A stretch of 64,000 nt of DNA, from the sequence record OP172784; one strand, 5' to 3'. Shown piece by piece: positions 1-7,088 of the stretch. Below the pieces are notes generated by a model. That model saw only the letters and a list, made by a program, of their open reading frames with translations. It did no database searches and had not been told where the DNA came from. Source of the stretch: Escherichia phage ECO07P1. The translations under genes were made by a program, and so were the position numbers. Within the stretch, counting starts at the first letter, position 1, and every line of letters starts with the position of its first letter.

Positions 1-1
1 C

Positions 2-532
2 AAATGTTGCTCCTGGAAGGTAGGAGCAGTAATTGAAAAGAATGGACGTATTATTTCTACTGGGTATAATGGTTCGCCCGCAGGCGGTGTGAACTGTTGT
101 GATTATGCTGCTGAGCAAGGTTGGTTGCTGAATAAGCCTAAACATACTATCATTCAAGGTCATAAGCCCGAATGTGTATCGTTTGGTTCAACTGATCGTT
201 TTGTCTTAGCGAAAGAACACCGTAGTGCTCACTCTGAATGGTCGTCTAAAAATGAAATTCATGCTGAACTAAATGCAATTTTGTTTGCTGCACGAAATGG
301 TTCTTCAATTGAAGGTGCTACTATGTATGTAACACTTTCTCCTTGCCCAGATTGTGCAAAAGCGATAGCTCAATCTGGAATTAAAAAGCTGGTTTATTGC
401 GAAACATACGATAAGAATAAACCTGGCTGGGATGATATTCTGCGAAATGCAGGTATTGAAGTGTTCAATGTTCCTAAGAAAAACTTGAATAAGTTAAATT
501 GGGAAAATATCAACGAATTCTGTGGTGAATAA
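2..532 (+). CDS. cd: dCMP deaminase, 5'-truncated at window edge
   Basis: Frame is open from window start (..KCCSWKVGAVIEKNGRIISTGYNGSPAGG upstream of the listed ORF); deaminase zinc motifs HAE (HAELNAI) and PCxxC (SPCPDCAKA); matches T4 Cd from memory. Confidence 0.9.
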   Translation, partial: KCCSWKVGAVIEKNGRIISTGYNGSPAGGVNCCDYAAEQGWLLNKPKHTIIQGHKPECVSFGSTDRFVLAKEHRSAHSEWSSKNEIHAELNAILFAARNGSSIEGATMYVTLSPCPDCAKAIAQSGIKKLVYCETYDKNKPGWDDILRNAGIEVFNVPKKNLNKLNWENINEFCGE

Positions 533-768
533 TGAAATTTCGTTTGGTACAACTCACAGCAATTAGTTCTTATTCTAATGAGAATATTTCATTTGCTGTA
601 GAGTATAAGAAATATTTTTTCTCTAAATGGAAACAGTATTATAAGTCAGAATGGGTTTGTATTGATAGGCCGTATAGTTGGAAATCTGATTTAGAAAAAT
701 GCCAAAAATTGCTTTCCACTCTTAAAGAACGTGGAACAACCCATATTAAAACTGTAATAGGTAAATAA
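532..768 (+). CDS. hypothetical small early protein (78 aa)
   Basis: ORF start overlaps cd stop (TAATG); same strand, tight packing. Confidence 0.45.
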   Translation: MKFRLVQLTAISSYSNENISFAVEYKKYFFSKWKQYYKSEWVCIDRPYSWKSDLEKCQKLLSTLKERGTTHIKTVIGK

Positions 769-1077
769 ATGAAACTGACGACTGAACAAAAAGTAGCAAT
801 TCGTGAAATTTTGAAAACTAAATTGTCCATGGGTATTTCAAACGTGGTTTTTGAAAAGTCTGATGGTACTATTCGTACTATGAAAGGCACTCGTGATGCT
901 GACTTTATGCCAACTATGCAAACCGGTAAATTGACTGAATCTACTCGGAAAGAATCTATTGATATGATTCCAGTATTTGATGTTGAGCTTGGTGCATGGC
1001 GAGGTTTTTCTATTGACAAATTGATTTCCGTTAATGGTATGAAAGTTGAGCATTTGCTTCAATTTATTGGTAAATAA
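769..1077 (+). CDS. hypothetical protein (102 aa)
   Basis: ORF immediately follows previous stop; position corresponds to T4 31.x small genes. Confidence 0.45.
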   Translation: MKLTTEQKVAIREILKTKLSMGISNVVFEKSDGTIRTMKGTRDADFMPTMQTGKLTESTRKESIDMIPVFDVELGAWRGFSIDKLISVNGMKVEHLLQFIGK

Positions 1078-1078
1078 A

Positions 1079-1103
1079 TGCTTTAAGAATTATTTGTTAT
1101 TAT
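1079..1103 (+). promoter_or_regulatory. MotA-dependent middle promoter (MotA box TGCTTTA + -10 TATTAT, 12-nt spacer) upstream of gene 31
   Basis: AATGCTTTA at 1077-1085, TATTAT at 1098-1103; block is identical to 60711-60735. Confidence 0.55.
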
Positions 1104-1133
1104 TAATTCATCTGTTAACAAAAAGGAAAAACG

Positions 1134-1469
1134 ATGTCTGAAGTACAACAGCTACCAATTCGTGCTGTCGGTGAATATGTTATTTTAGTTTCTGAACCTG
1201 CACAAGCCGGTGATGAAGAAGTTACAGAATCAGGACTTATTATCGGTAAACGTGTTCAAGGTGAAGTTCCTGAACTGTGTGTAATTCACTCTGTTGGTCC
1301 TGATGTTCCTGAAGGTTTCTGTGAAGTTGGTGATTTGACTTCTCTTCCAGTTGGTCAAATTCGAAACGTTCCGCATCCTTTTGTAGCTCTGGGTCTTAAG
1401 CAGCCAAAAGAAATTAAACAAAAATTCGTTACCTGTCACTATAAAGCTATTCCGTGTCTTTATAAGTGA
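1134..1469 (+). CDS. 31: co-chaperonin for GroEL (GroES-like), gp31
   Basis: 111 aa; translation [22 protein letters not shown].. matches T4 gp31 from memory; RBS AAGGAAAAACGATG; MotA-type middle promoter upstream. Confidence 0.85.
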   Translation: MSEVQQLPIRAVGEYVILVSEPAQAGDEEVTESGLIIGKRVQGEVPELCVIHSVGPDVPEGFCEVGDLTSLPVGQIRNVPHPFVALGLKQPKEIKQKFVTCHYKAIPCLYK

Positions 1470-1479
1470 TATAAATAAT

Positions 1480-1487
1480 AATATGAA
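1480..1487 (+). promoter_or_regulatory. late promoter-like TATAAATA upstream of rIII
   Basis: Exact TATAAATA; about 130 nt upstream of the rIII start, so assignment is tentative. Confidence 0.35.
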
Positions 1488-1616
1488 TTGGATGTCGGAA
1501 TAATAAGTTAACCGAACAATTCTATGTGGTAGTCTACAACTGAGAGATCTGTCGAAAGAAGATGAAATTCAGAAGAACGTGACTACCGAGTTTTAATCTC
1601 TAACGAGAATTTTTAA

Positions 1617-1865
1617 ATGATTAAACAATTACAACACGCTCTTGAACTGCAACGAAACGCATGGAATAATGGTCACGAAAACTATGGTGCATCTATTGAT
1701 GTTGAAGCCGAAGCTCTTGAAATCCTGCGTTATTTCAAACATCTGAATCCTGCTCAAACTGCATTAGCTGCTGAGCTTCAGGAAAAAGATGAACTTAAGT
1801 ATGCTAAGCCTCTGGCTTCTGCTGCACGAAAAGCAGTTCGTCACTTTGTGGTAACACTGAAGTAA
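1617..1865 (+). CDS. rIII: rIII lysis-inhibition accessory protein
   Basis: 82 aa, same length and sequence as recalled T4 RIII; lies between gene 31 and ligase-side small ORFs as in T4. Confidence 0.8.
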   Translation: MIKQLQHALELQRNAWNNGHENYGASIDVEAEALEILRYFKHLNPAQTALAAELQEKDELKYAKPLASAARKAVRHFVVTLK

Positions 1866-2058
1866 TTTATTGGAGAGTCACTGCCTTAGTGTGAAGTTAA
1901 AACGAGGAGCCGTCGAACTTTGTTTTACGGTGTACCTCTTGAATGATGACGGGTTTATGGTTATCCTGTCGTTAAATATCCAAAACCTATGTTCCCCTTG
2001 AGGGCTTGCGCAGGCAATGCCAATAAGTCCTGCATTTTCATTTAAAAGAGAATTTATA

Positions 2059-2235
2059 ATGGCAAAACAAGTTAAAGCAAAGAAAGCAGTTGAAAAGAAA
2101 GTTGGTGATTCTAAACGCGCTGGCTACAAGCGTGGGTCGAACTCTCGTATCAATCAAACTGTTGAGAAGATCATGCGTCGAGCACGTGCGGTTCTTCGAG
2201 ATGATGCTTCTCGTTTTGGTAAGCAGAAAGCATAA
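2059..2235 (+). CDS. small lysine/arginine-rich hypothetical protein (58 aa from ATG at 2059)
   Basis: ORF MAKQVKAKKAVEKK..; followed directly by a strong hairpin terminator at 2239-2266. Confidence 0.35.
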   Translation: MAKQVKAKKAVEKKVGDSKRAGYKRGSNSRINQTVEKIMRRARAVLRDDASRFGKQKA

Positions 2236-2238
2236 GTT

Positions 2239-2266
2239 GAGGACTCCTTCGGGAGTCCTTTTTTAT
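2239..2266 (+). terminator. intrinsic terminator hairpin
   Basis: AGGACTCC-TTCG-GGAGTCCT followed by TTTTTTATTTT. Confidence 0.7.
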
Positions 2267-2288
2267 TTTCCAAAGATTGCACAAAGTT

Positions 2289-2338
2289 GTTTACAGTATA
2301 GTTCCTTTGTGATAGTATTATCTTACACAAACAAAGGA
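2289..2338 (+). promoter_or_regulatory. early promoter cassette (GTTTAC -35, TGa-TAGTAT extended -10) embedded in an inverted repeat that overlaps the downstream RBS
   Basis: GTTTAC 2289-2294; -10 at 2313-2318; arms TCCTTTGT (2303-2310) and ACAAAGGA (2331-2338). Confidence 0.55.
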
Positions 2339-2345
2339 GAATAAA

Positions 2346-2678
2346 ATGAAAACGATTAATCTGAACGCTACAGTTAAAACTAAATGCTTCAATGGTAAAT
2401 ATGATGAAACTATGTGGTTCTTAATGGCAGTTGAAGGTGATATTATTGAAGTAGAAACAACAGAAGGTATGGGAACAGATTTCACCTTTACAATTCAAGT
2501 TCATAATTTCTTTACTGGTTGGATTTATGAATTGAATACAGTAATCGTTGGAAAAATTGAACAAAATGAATTGGGTGAATGGTATTATGTTACAGCTCGT
2601 CAACGTGCCGAACGCTTAATTGAGAAGATGAAAAAAGTTGGTAAACTTGACATGCAGCACTGGAAAGTAGTAAAATAA
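2346..2678 (+). CDS. hypothetical early protein (110 aa)
   Basis: ORF with strong RBS AAGGAGAATAAAATG and early promoter cassette at 2289-2318. Confidence 0.5.
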   Translation: MKTINLNATVKTKCFNGKYDETMWFLMAVEGDIIEVETTEGMGTDFTFTIQVHNFFTGWIYELNTVIVGKIEQNELGEWYYVTARQRAERLIEKMKKVGKLDMQHWKVVK

Positions 2679-2746
2679 TTGTTTACTTTGGTACAGGATA
2701 TGATATTATATACCTGTACCGCAATTAAACATCTCGGAGAATAAAA

Positions 2747-3112
2747 ATGAATTACATCAACTTTGAACGTAAATATGTTTCTAACGGTATTGCAGGTTCT
2801 ATTGATACTATCTGCCTTTGGAAACATCAAAATGGATCAGTATGCGAAATTGAACAGTATATGACTCCTAACTACGTTTATATGCGATTTGAAAATGGCA
2901 TTACGGTTTCAATCACGAAAGAAGGTTCTTCTTTTAAAATCGCTTTGGATGATGATTTTCGTCAACGTGATTTAGGGACTCATCCTTGCTGGAATGGCGT
3001 TAATCGTAAGCTTCTGGTTAAAACTTGGATTCGTCATATTCTGAGTAATAGAGCTAAACCTGAGCATCTTGAAGCAATCTTTGATGTAGTTCTTAACGAA
3101 TTTGATATTTAA
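2747..3112 (+). CDS. hypothetical protein (121 aa)
   Basis: ORF with RBS GGAGAATAAAAATG; hairpin AAGGGGCTTCGGCCCCTT downstream at 3121-3138. Confidence 0.5.
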   Translation: MNYINFERKYVSNGIAGSIDTICLWKHQNGSVCEIEQYMTPNYVYMRFENGITVSITKEGSSFKIALDDDFRQRDLGTHPCWNGVNRKLLVKTWIRHILSNRAKPEHLEAIFDVVLNEFDI

Positions 3113-3120
3113 AATAAAAT

Positions 3121-3138
3121 AAGGGGCTTCGGCCCCTT
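3121..3138 (+). terminator. stem-loop (UUCG tetraloop)
   Basis: AAGGGGC-TTCG-GCCCCTT; no long T-run, so may act as an RNA stability element rather than a terminator. Confidence 0.4.
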
Positions 3139-3153
3139 ACTGAGGAAAATACT

Positions 3154-3441
3154 ATGTTTATGACTACTTATTTTGATACTCGTAAAAACTTCTGCGAAGT
3201 AGTTTTCTCTAAGGCGCCTAAAGACCTTCCTGCTCATTTGCAGCCTACCAGTGAATCGATTAAAAACTATGTTAATGTAGTATGTCCTTTAGAGTTCCGT
3301 ACTGTAAATGGGCGTGATACTCTAGCTATCACTAAACTCAACCGTGAAATTGACATTGACCCTTCAATCGCGCGCGAAATTAACATTTCTGATATCGGCG
3401 GCGGTAATGTTAAATCGCATGGTTTTCAGATGAGGTTCTAA
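3154..3441 (+). CDS. hypothetical protein (95 aa)
   Basis: ORF with RBS GAGGAAAATACTATG. Confidence 0.45.
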   Translation: MFMTTYFDTRKNFCEVVFSKAPKDLPAHLQPTSESIKNYVNVVCPLEFRTVNGRDTLAITKLNREIDIDPSIAREINISDIGGGNVKSHGFQMRF

Positions 3442-3638
3442 TGAAATTCTTTTTAGGTCAAACTGTTGAATTAAAGGGAGTTGGTATACCTGGATTAATT
3501 TCTAAGGTTCTACCTCCATTTAAATGGAGTGGTATTCAAATAAAAGAGGCTTATATTGTTTCCTGGGTAGATGGAAATGAAGACCTTCGTATGGGTGATG
3601 AATTATCTCCTATCTACGGATTAAAGGAATTAATATGA
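3441..3638 (+). CDS. hypothetical protein (65 aa)
   Basis: ORF start overlaps previous stop (TAATG). Confidence 0.4.
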   Translation: MKFFLGQTVELKGVGIPGLISKVLPPFKWSGIQIKEAYIVSWVDGNEDLRMGDELSPIYGLKELI

Positions 3639-3841
3639 ATATAATTAATAAGATTTTTGGAATTCAGTACATTAAGGTTACATATAAAGTAACGTATAAA
3701 GGTCCGTATACCGATGAACATGAAGAGCCACAAGTTCAGTCTATTATATTAGAAAAGGACCCTAACTGGCCAGTTGAATTTCGTCTTCCTTGCTATGGTC
3801 ATTGGGCTGATGTTGAAATTATAAGTATTGAAAATGTCTGA
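3635..3841 (+). CDS. hypothetical protein (68 aa)
   Basis: ORF start overlaps previous stop (ATATGA). Confidence 0.4.
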   Translation: MNIINKIFGIQYIKVTYKVTYKGPYTDEHEEPQVQSIILEKDPNWPVEFRLPCYGHWADVEIISIENV

Positions 3842-4292
3842 GTTAGAGATAAGAAGCAATTTTAGATGGCCATCATGCGCATTAAGTAATTTCGCCCAAT
3901 GGCCTTTTGTTATGGACGGTATTCAATTTGGAGGTCTCGAAGGATTCCTCCAAGGATGTAAGGTGAAAAATGTTGAACAACAACGTCGCATATTTGGGTT
4001 ATCCGGGCTTGCCGCCCAACAAGCTGGACGAGCTTATGCTAGAGCTCAGGACCGTGGGACCCTCTTCTGGCTTGGAGTTCCGTTTTCAAGATACTCTCCA
4101 GCGTGGAAAGAATTATACACAAATGCATATTTTGAAGCAGCGATCCAAAACAAGGGATTTCGTGATGCATTACAAGCCTCGAAAGGAAAAGTTTTGAAGC
4201 ACAGCATGGCTAGTGGTCTAACAAAAGATGATACAATACTAACCGAAGCTGAATTTATTGATGTGTTAAACCTATTAAGAGACTCTCTATGA
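3834..4292 (+). CDS. hypothetical protein (152 aa from ATG at 3834)
   Basis: ORF; ATG at 3834 overlaps upstream stop (ATGTCTGA); the track start at 3828 is a TTG. Confidence 0.45.
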   Translation: MSELEIRSNFRWPSCALSNFAQWPFVMDGIQFGGLEGFLQGCKVKNVEQQRRIFGLSGLAAQQAGRAYARAQDRGTLFWLGVPFSRYSPAWKELYTNAYFEAAIQNKGFRDALQASKGKVLKHSMASGLTKDDTILTEAEFIDVLNLLRDSL

Positions 4293-5128
4293 AGCCTACT
4301 ATTTTAACTGATATTGATGGAGTATGTTTAAGCTGGCAATCAGGTCTTCCTTATTTTGCTCAGAAATATAATCTTCCGTTAGAACATATTTTAAAAATGA
4401 TCCAAGATGAGAAATTTATTTCTCCAGGTAAACTCTTTAATTGTGATGAAGAACTTGGCGTCAAGTTAATTGAAAAATACAATCGTTCAGATTTTATTCG
4501 TTATTTGTCTCCGTATAAAGATGCCCTGTGTGTAATTAACAAATTAAAAGAAGATTATAATTTTGTAGCTGTTACAGCATTGGGTGATTCTATTGACGCT
4601 CTGTTGAATCGTCAATTTAATTTGAATGCTCTTTTTCCTGGTGCCTTCTCAGAAGTAATGATGTGTGGTCATGATTCTTCAAAAGAAGAGTTATTTAAAA
4701 AGGCAAAAGAGAAATATAACGTAATTTGTTATATTGACGATCTCGCTCACCACTGCGACCATGCGAGTGAAATATTAAATGTTCCTGTTTATTGGATGGC
4801 GCGAGGAGAGCGTGACAATATTCCAAAAACCGCTCAGCGAGTTTATACATGGAATGATGTAGAAAATAAGCTTTTTTCACCAAAGGAAAATAAAGAAAGT
4901 TTTGATAGCGAAAAAGCTATAAAAAATATAATTGAAAAGATGATTAAAAATGATTCTTTTCGTTGGAACACTACCTGGAGAACTCCTGGATTTAATCCTT
5001 ATAATCATCTATATCATCCATATCAGACACATCCGTTTCAGACATGGAACTATATTAAACCTGGTGGAATAGAGTATTTGTATAATAGACCAACTTGTGG
5101 TGATAATATTTTCCAAGGAGCATTCTAA
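4289..5128 (+). CDS. HAD-superfamily hydrolase-like protein (putative nucleotidase/phosphatase)
   Basis: 279 aa; N-terminal DxDGV motif (TDIDGVCLSW) typical of HAD motif I and a later acidic DD motif (YIDDLAHH); function is inferred. Confidence 0.5.
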   Translation: MKPTILTDIDGVCLSWQSGLPYFAQKYNLPLEHILKMIQDEKFISPGKLFNCDEELGVKLIEKYNRSDFIRYLSPYKDALCVINKLKEDYNFVAVTALGDSIDALLNRQFNLNALFPGAFSEVMMCGHDSSKEELFKKAKEKYNVICYIDDLAHHCDHASEILNVPVYWMARGERDNIPKTAQRVYTWNDVENKLFSPKENKESFDSEKAIKNIIEKMIKNDSFRWNTTWRTPGFNPYNHLYHPYQTHPFQTWNYIKPGGIEYLYNRPTCGDNIFQGAF

Positions 5129-5397
5129 TGTTTGTCGTTCACACTATTTATGAAAATGAAGGTAATACTACGCGTGATTACGGTCACGTAAATCAATTTT
5201 TTAGATGCAATCCAGAATTCCGAGCTCAAAAAGACGAACGAATTTTTAAAAAATGTGTAGAGCAAGGTTTCATTTACGTCAAGCACTGGATGCAAGGAAA
5301 TAAAGTTAGAACTACATATCATAAGTCTTTGACTGAGCTTAATGATGAATTGATTTATAATAGAGCTGTAAACCAAACTTTGAAGGATGAGCAATGA
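5128..5397 (+). CDS. hypothetical protein (89 aa)
   Basis: ORF start overlaps previous stop; stop overlaps ligase start. Confidence 0.45.
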   Translation: MFVVHTIYENEGNTTRDYGHVNQFFRCNPEFRAQKDERIFKKCVEQGFIYVKHWMQGNKVRTTYHKSLTELNDELIYNRAVNQTLKDEQ

Positions 5398-6854
5398 TTC
5401 TTAAAATTCTGAACGAAATAGCATCTATTGGTTCAACTAAGCAGAAGCAAGCAATTCTTGAAAAGAATAAAGATAATGAATTGCTTAAACGAGTATATCG
5501 TCTAACTTATTCTCGTGGGTTACAGTATTATATCAAGAAATGGCCTAAACCTGGTATTGCTACCCAGAGTTTTGGAATGCTGACTCTTACAGATATGCTC
5601 GACTTCATTGAATTCACGTTAGCTACTCGGAAATTGACTGGAAATGCTGCAATTGAGGAATTAACTGGATATATCACTGATGGTAAAAAGGATGATGTTG
5701 AAGTTTTGCGTCGAGTTATGATGCGAGACCTTGAATGCGGTGCTTCAGTATCTATTGCAAACAAAGTTTGGCCAGGTTTAATTCCTGAACAACCTCAAAT
5801 GCTGGCAAGTTCTTATGATGAAAAGGGCATTAATAAGAATATCAAATTTCCAGCCTTTGCCCAGTTAAAAGCAGATGGAGCTCGGTGTTTTGCTGAAGTT
5901 AGAGGTGATGAATTAGATGATGTTCGTCTTTTATCACGAGCTGGCAATGAATATCTAGGATTAGATCTTCTTAAGGAAGAGTTAATCAAAATGACTGCTG
6001 AAGCCCGCCAGATTCATCCAGAAGGTGTGTTAATTGATGGCGAATTGGTATACCATGAGCAAGTTAAAAAGGAACCAGAAGGCCTAGATTTTCTTTTTGA
6101 TGCTCCTGAAATTAGTAAAGCTAAAGAATTCGCCGAAGTAGCTGAATCACGTACTGCATCTAATGGCATCGCCAATAAATCTTTAAAGGGAACCATTTCT
6201 GAAAAAGAAGCCAAATGCATGAAGTTTCAGGTCTGGGATTATGTCCCGTTGGTAGAAATATACGGTCTTCCTGCATTTCGTTTGAAATATGATGTACGTT
6301 TTTCTAAACTAGAACAAATGACATCAGGTTATGATAAAGTAATTTTAATTGAAAACCAGGTAGTAAATAACCTAGATGAAGCTAAGGTAATTTACAAAAA
6401 GTATATTGACCAAGGTCTTGAGGGTATTATTCTCAAAAATACCGATGGATTGTGGGAAAATGCTCGTTCAAAAAATCTTTATAAATTTAAAGAAGTAATT
6501 GATGTTGATTTAAAAATTGTAGGAATTTATCCTCACCGTAAAGACCCTACTAAAGCGGGCGGATTTATTCTTGAATCAGAGTGTGGAAAAATTAAGGTAA
6601 ATGCTGGTTCAGGCTTAAAAGATAAAGCTGGCGTAAAATCACATGAACTTGACCGTACTCGCATTATGGAAAACCAAAATTATTATATTGGAAAAATTCT
6701 AGAATGTGAATGCAATGGTTGGTTAAAATCTGACGGCCGCACTGATTACGTTAAATTATTTCTTCCGATTGCGATTCGTTTACGTGAAGATAAAACTAAA
6801 GCTAATACATTCGAGGATGTATTTGGTGATTTTCATGAGGTAACTGGTCTATGA
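5394..6854 (+). CDS. 30: ATP-dependent DNA ligase gp30
   Basis: 486 aa; adenylation motif KxDGxR (QLKADGARCF); translation matches T4 DNA ligase from memory. Confidence 0.95.
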   Translation: MILKILNEIASIGSTKQKQAILEKNKDNELLKRVYRLTYSRGLQYYIKKWPKPGIATQSFGMLTLTDMLDFIEFTLATRKLTGNAAIEELTGYITDGKKDDVEVLRRVMMRDLECGASVSIANKVWPGLIPEQPQMLASSYDEKGINKNIKFPAFAQLKADGARCFAEVRGDELDDVRLLSRAGNEYLGLDLLKEELIKMTAEARQIHPEGVLIDGELVYHEQVKKEPEGLDFLFDAPEISKAKEFAEVAESRTASNGIANKSLKGTISEKEAKCMKFQVWDYVPLVEIYGLPAFRLKYDVRFSKLEQMTSGYDKVILIENQVVNNLDEAKVIYKKYIDQGLEGIILKNTDGLWENARSKNLYKFKEVIDVDLKIVGIYPHRKDPTKAGGFILESECGKIKVNAGSGLKDKAGVKSHELDRTRIMENQNYYIGKILECECNGWLKSDGRTDYVKLFLPIAIRLREDKTKANTFEDVFGDFHEVTGL

Positions 6855-7039
6855 AAGCTTACTTAGAAACAATTGTCATTGCTCAAAAAGAAGGTGGAGA
6901 TGTTTCTACTTCTGTATCACAAGTCATTCTCGAATTTGTAGATGCATATGCTTATAATAAATTTACAGAAACATTTGATGCCTATGAAAAAGGACCAAAG
7001 TTTGAAATATATCGTACTCTCTTACCACTAGATTACTAA
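6851..7039 (+). CDS. hypothetical protein (62 aa)
   Basis: ORF start overlaps ligase stop (ATGA); followed by hairpin 7038-7054. Confidence 0.4.
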   Translation: MKAYLETIVIAQKEGGDVSTSVSQVILEFVDAYAYNKFTETFDAYEKGPKFEIYRTLLPLDY

Positions 7040-7059
7040 AGGCCTTCGGGCCTTTAATT
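7038..7059 (+). terminator. hairpin terminator between ligase-side small ORF and alt
   Basis: AAAGGCC-TTCG-GGCCTTT then AATTTT. Confidence 0.5.
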
Positions 7060-7060
7060 T

Positions 7061-7068
7061 TATAAATA
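7061..7068 (+). promoter_or_regulatory. late promoter TATAAATA upstream of alt
   Basis: Exact TATAAATA about 20 nt upstream of the alt start. Confidence 0.6.
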
Positions 7069-7088
7069 GAATAAACACTAGAGAGGCT

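Noticed and set aside
639-1062. Minus-strand ORFs (639-1019 and 838-1062) overlapping plus-strand small genes
   Set aside because: Fully antisense to tightly packed plus-strand ORFs that have RBSs and overlapping stop/start codons; no RBS or promoter of their own; typical spurious AT-rich antisense frames.
2090-2344. 84-aa ORF in an alternative frame
   Set aside because: Runs through the terminator hairpin at 2239-2266 and the early promoter at 2289-2318; the 2059-2235 frame ending at the terminator is more plausible.
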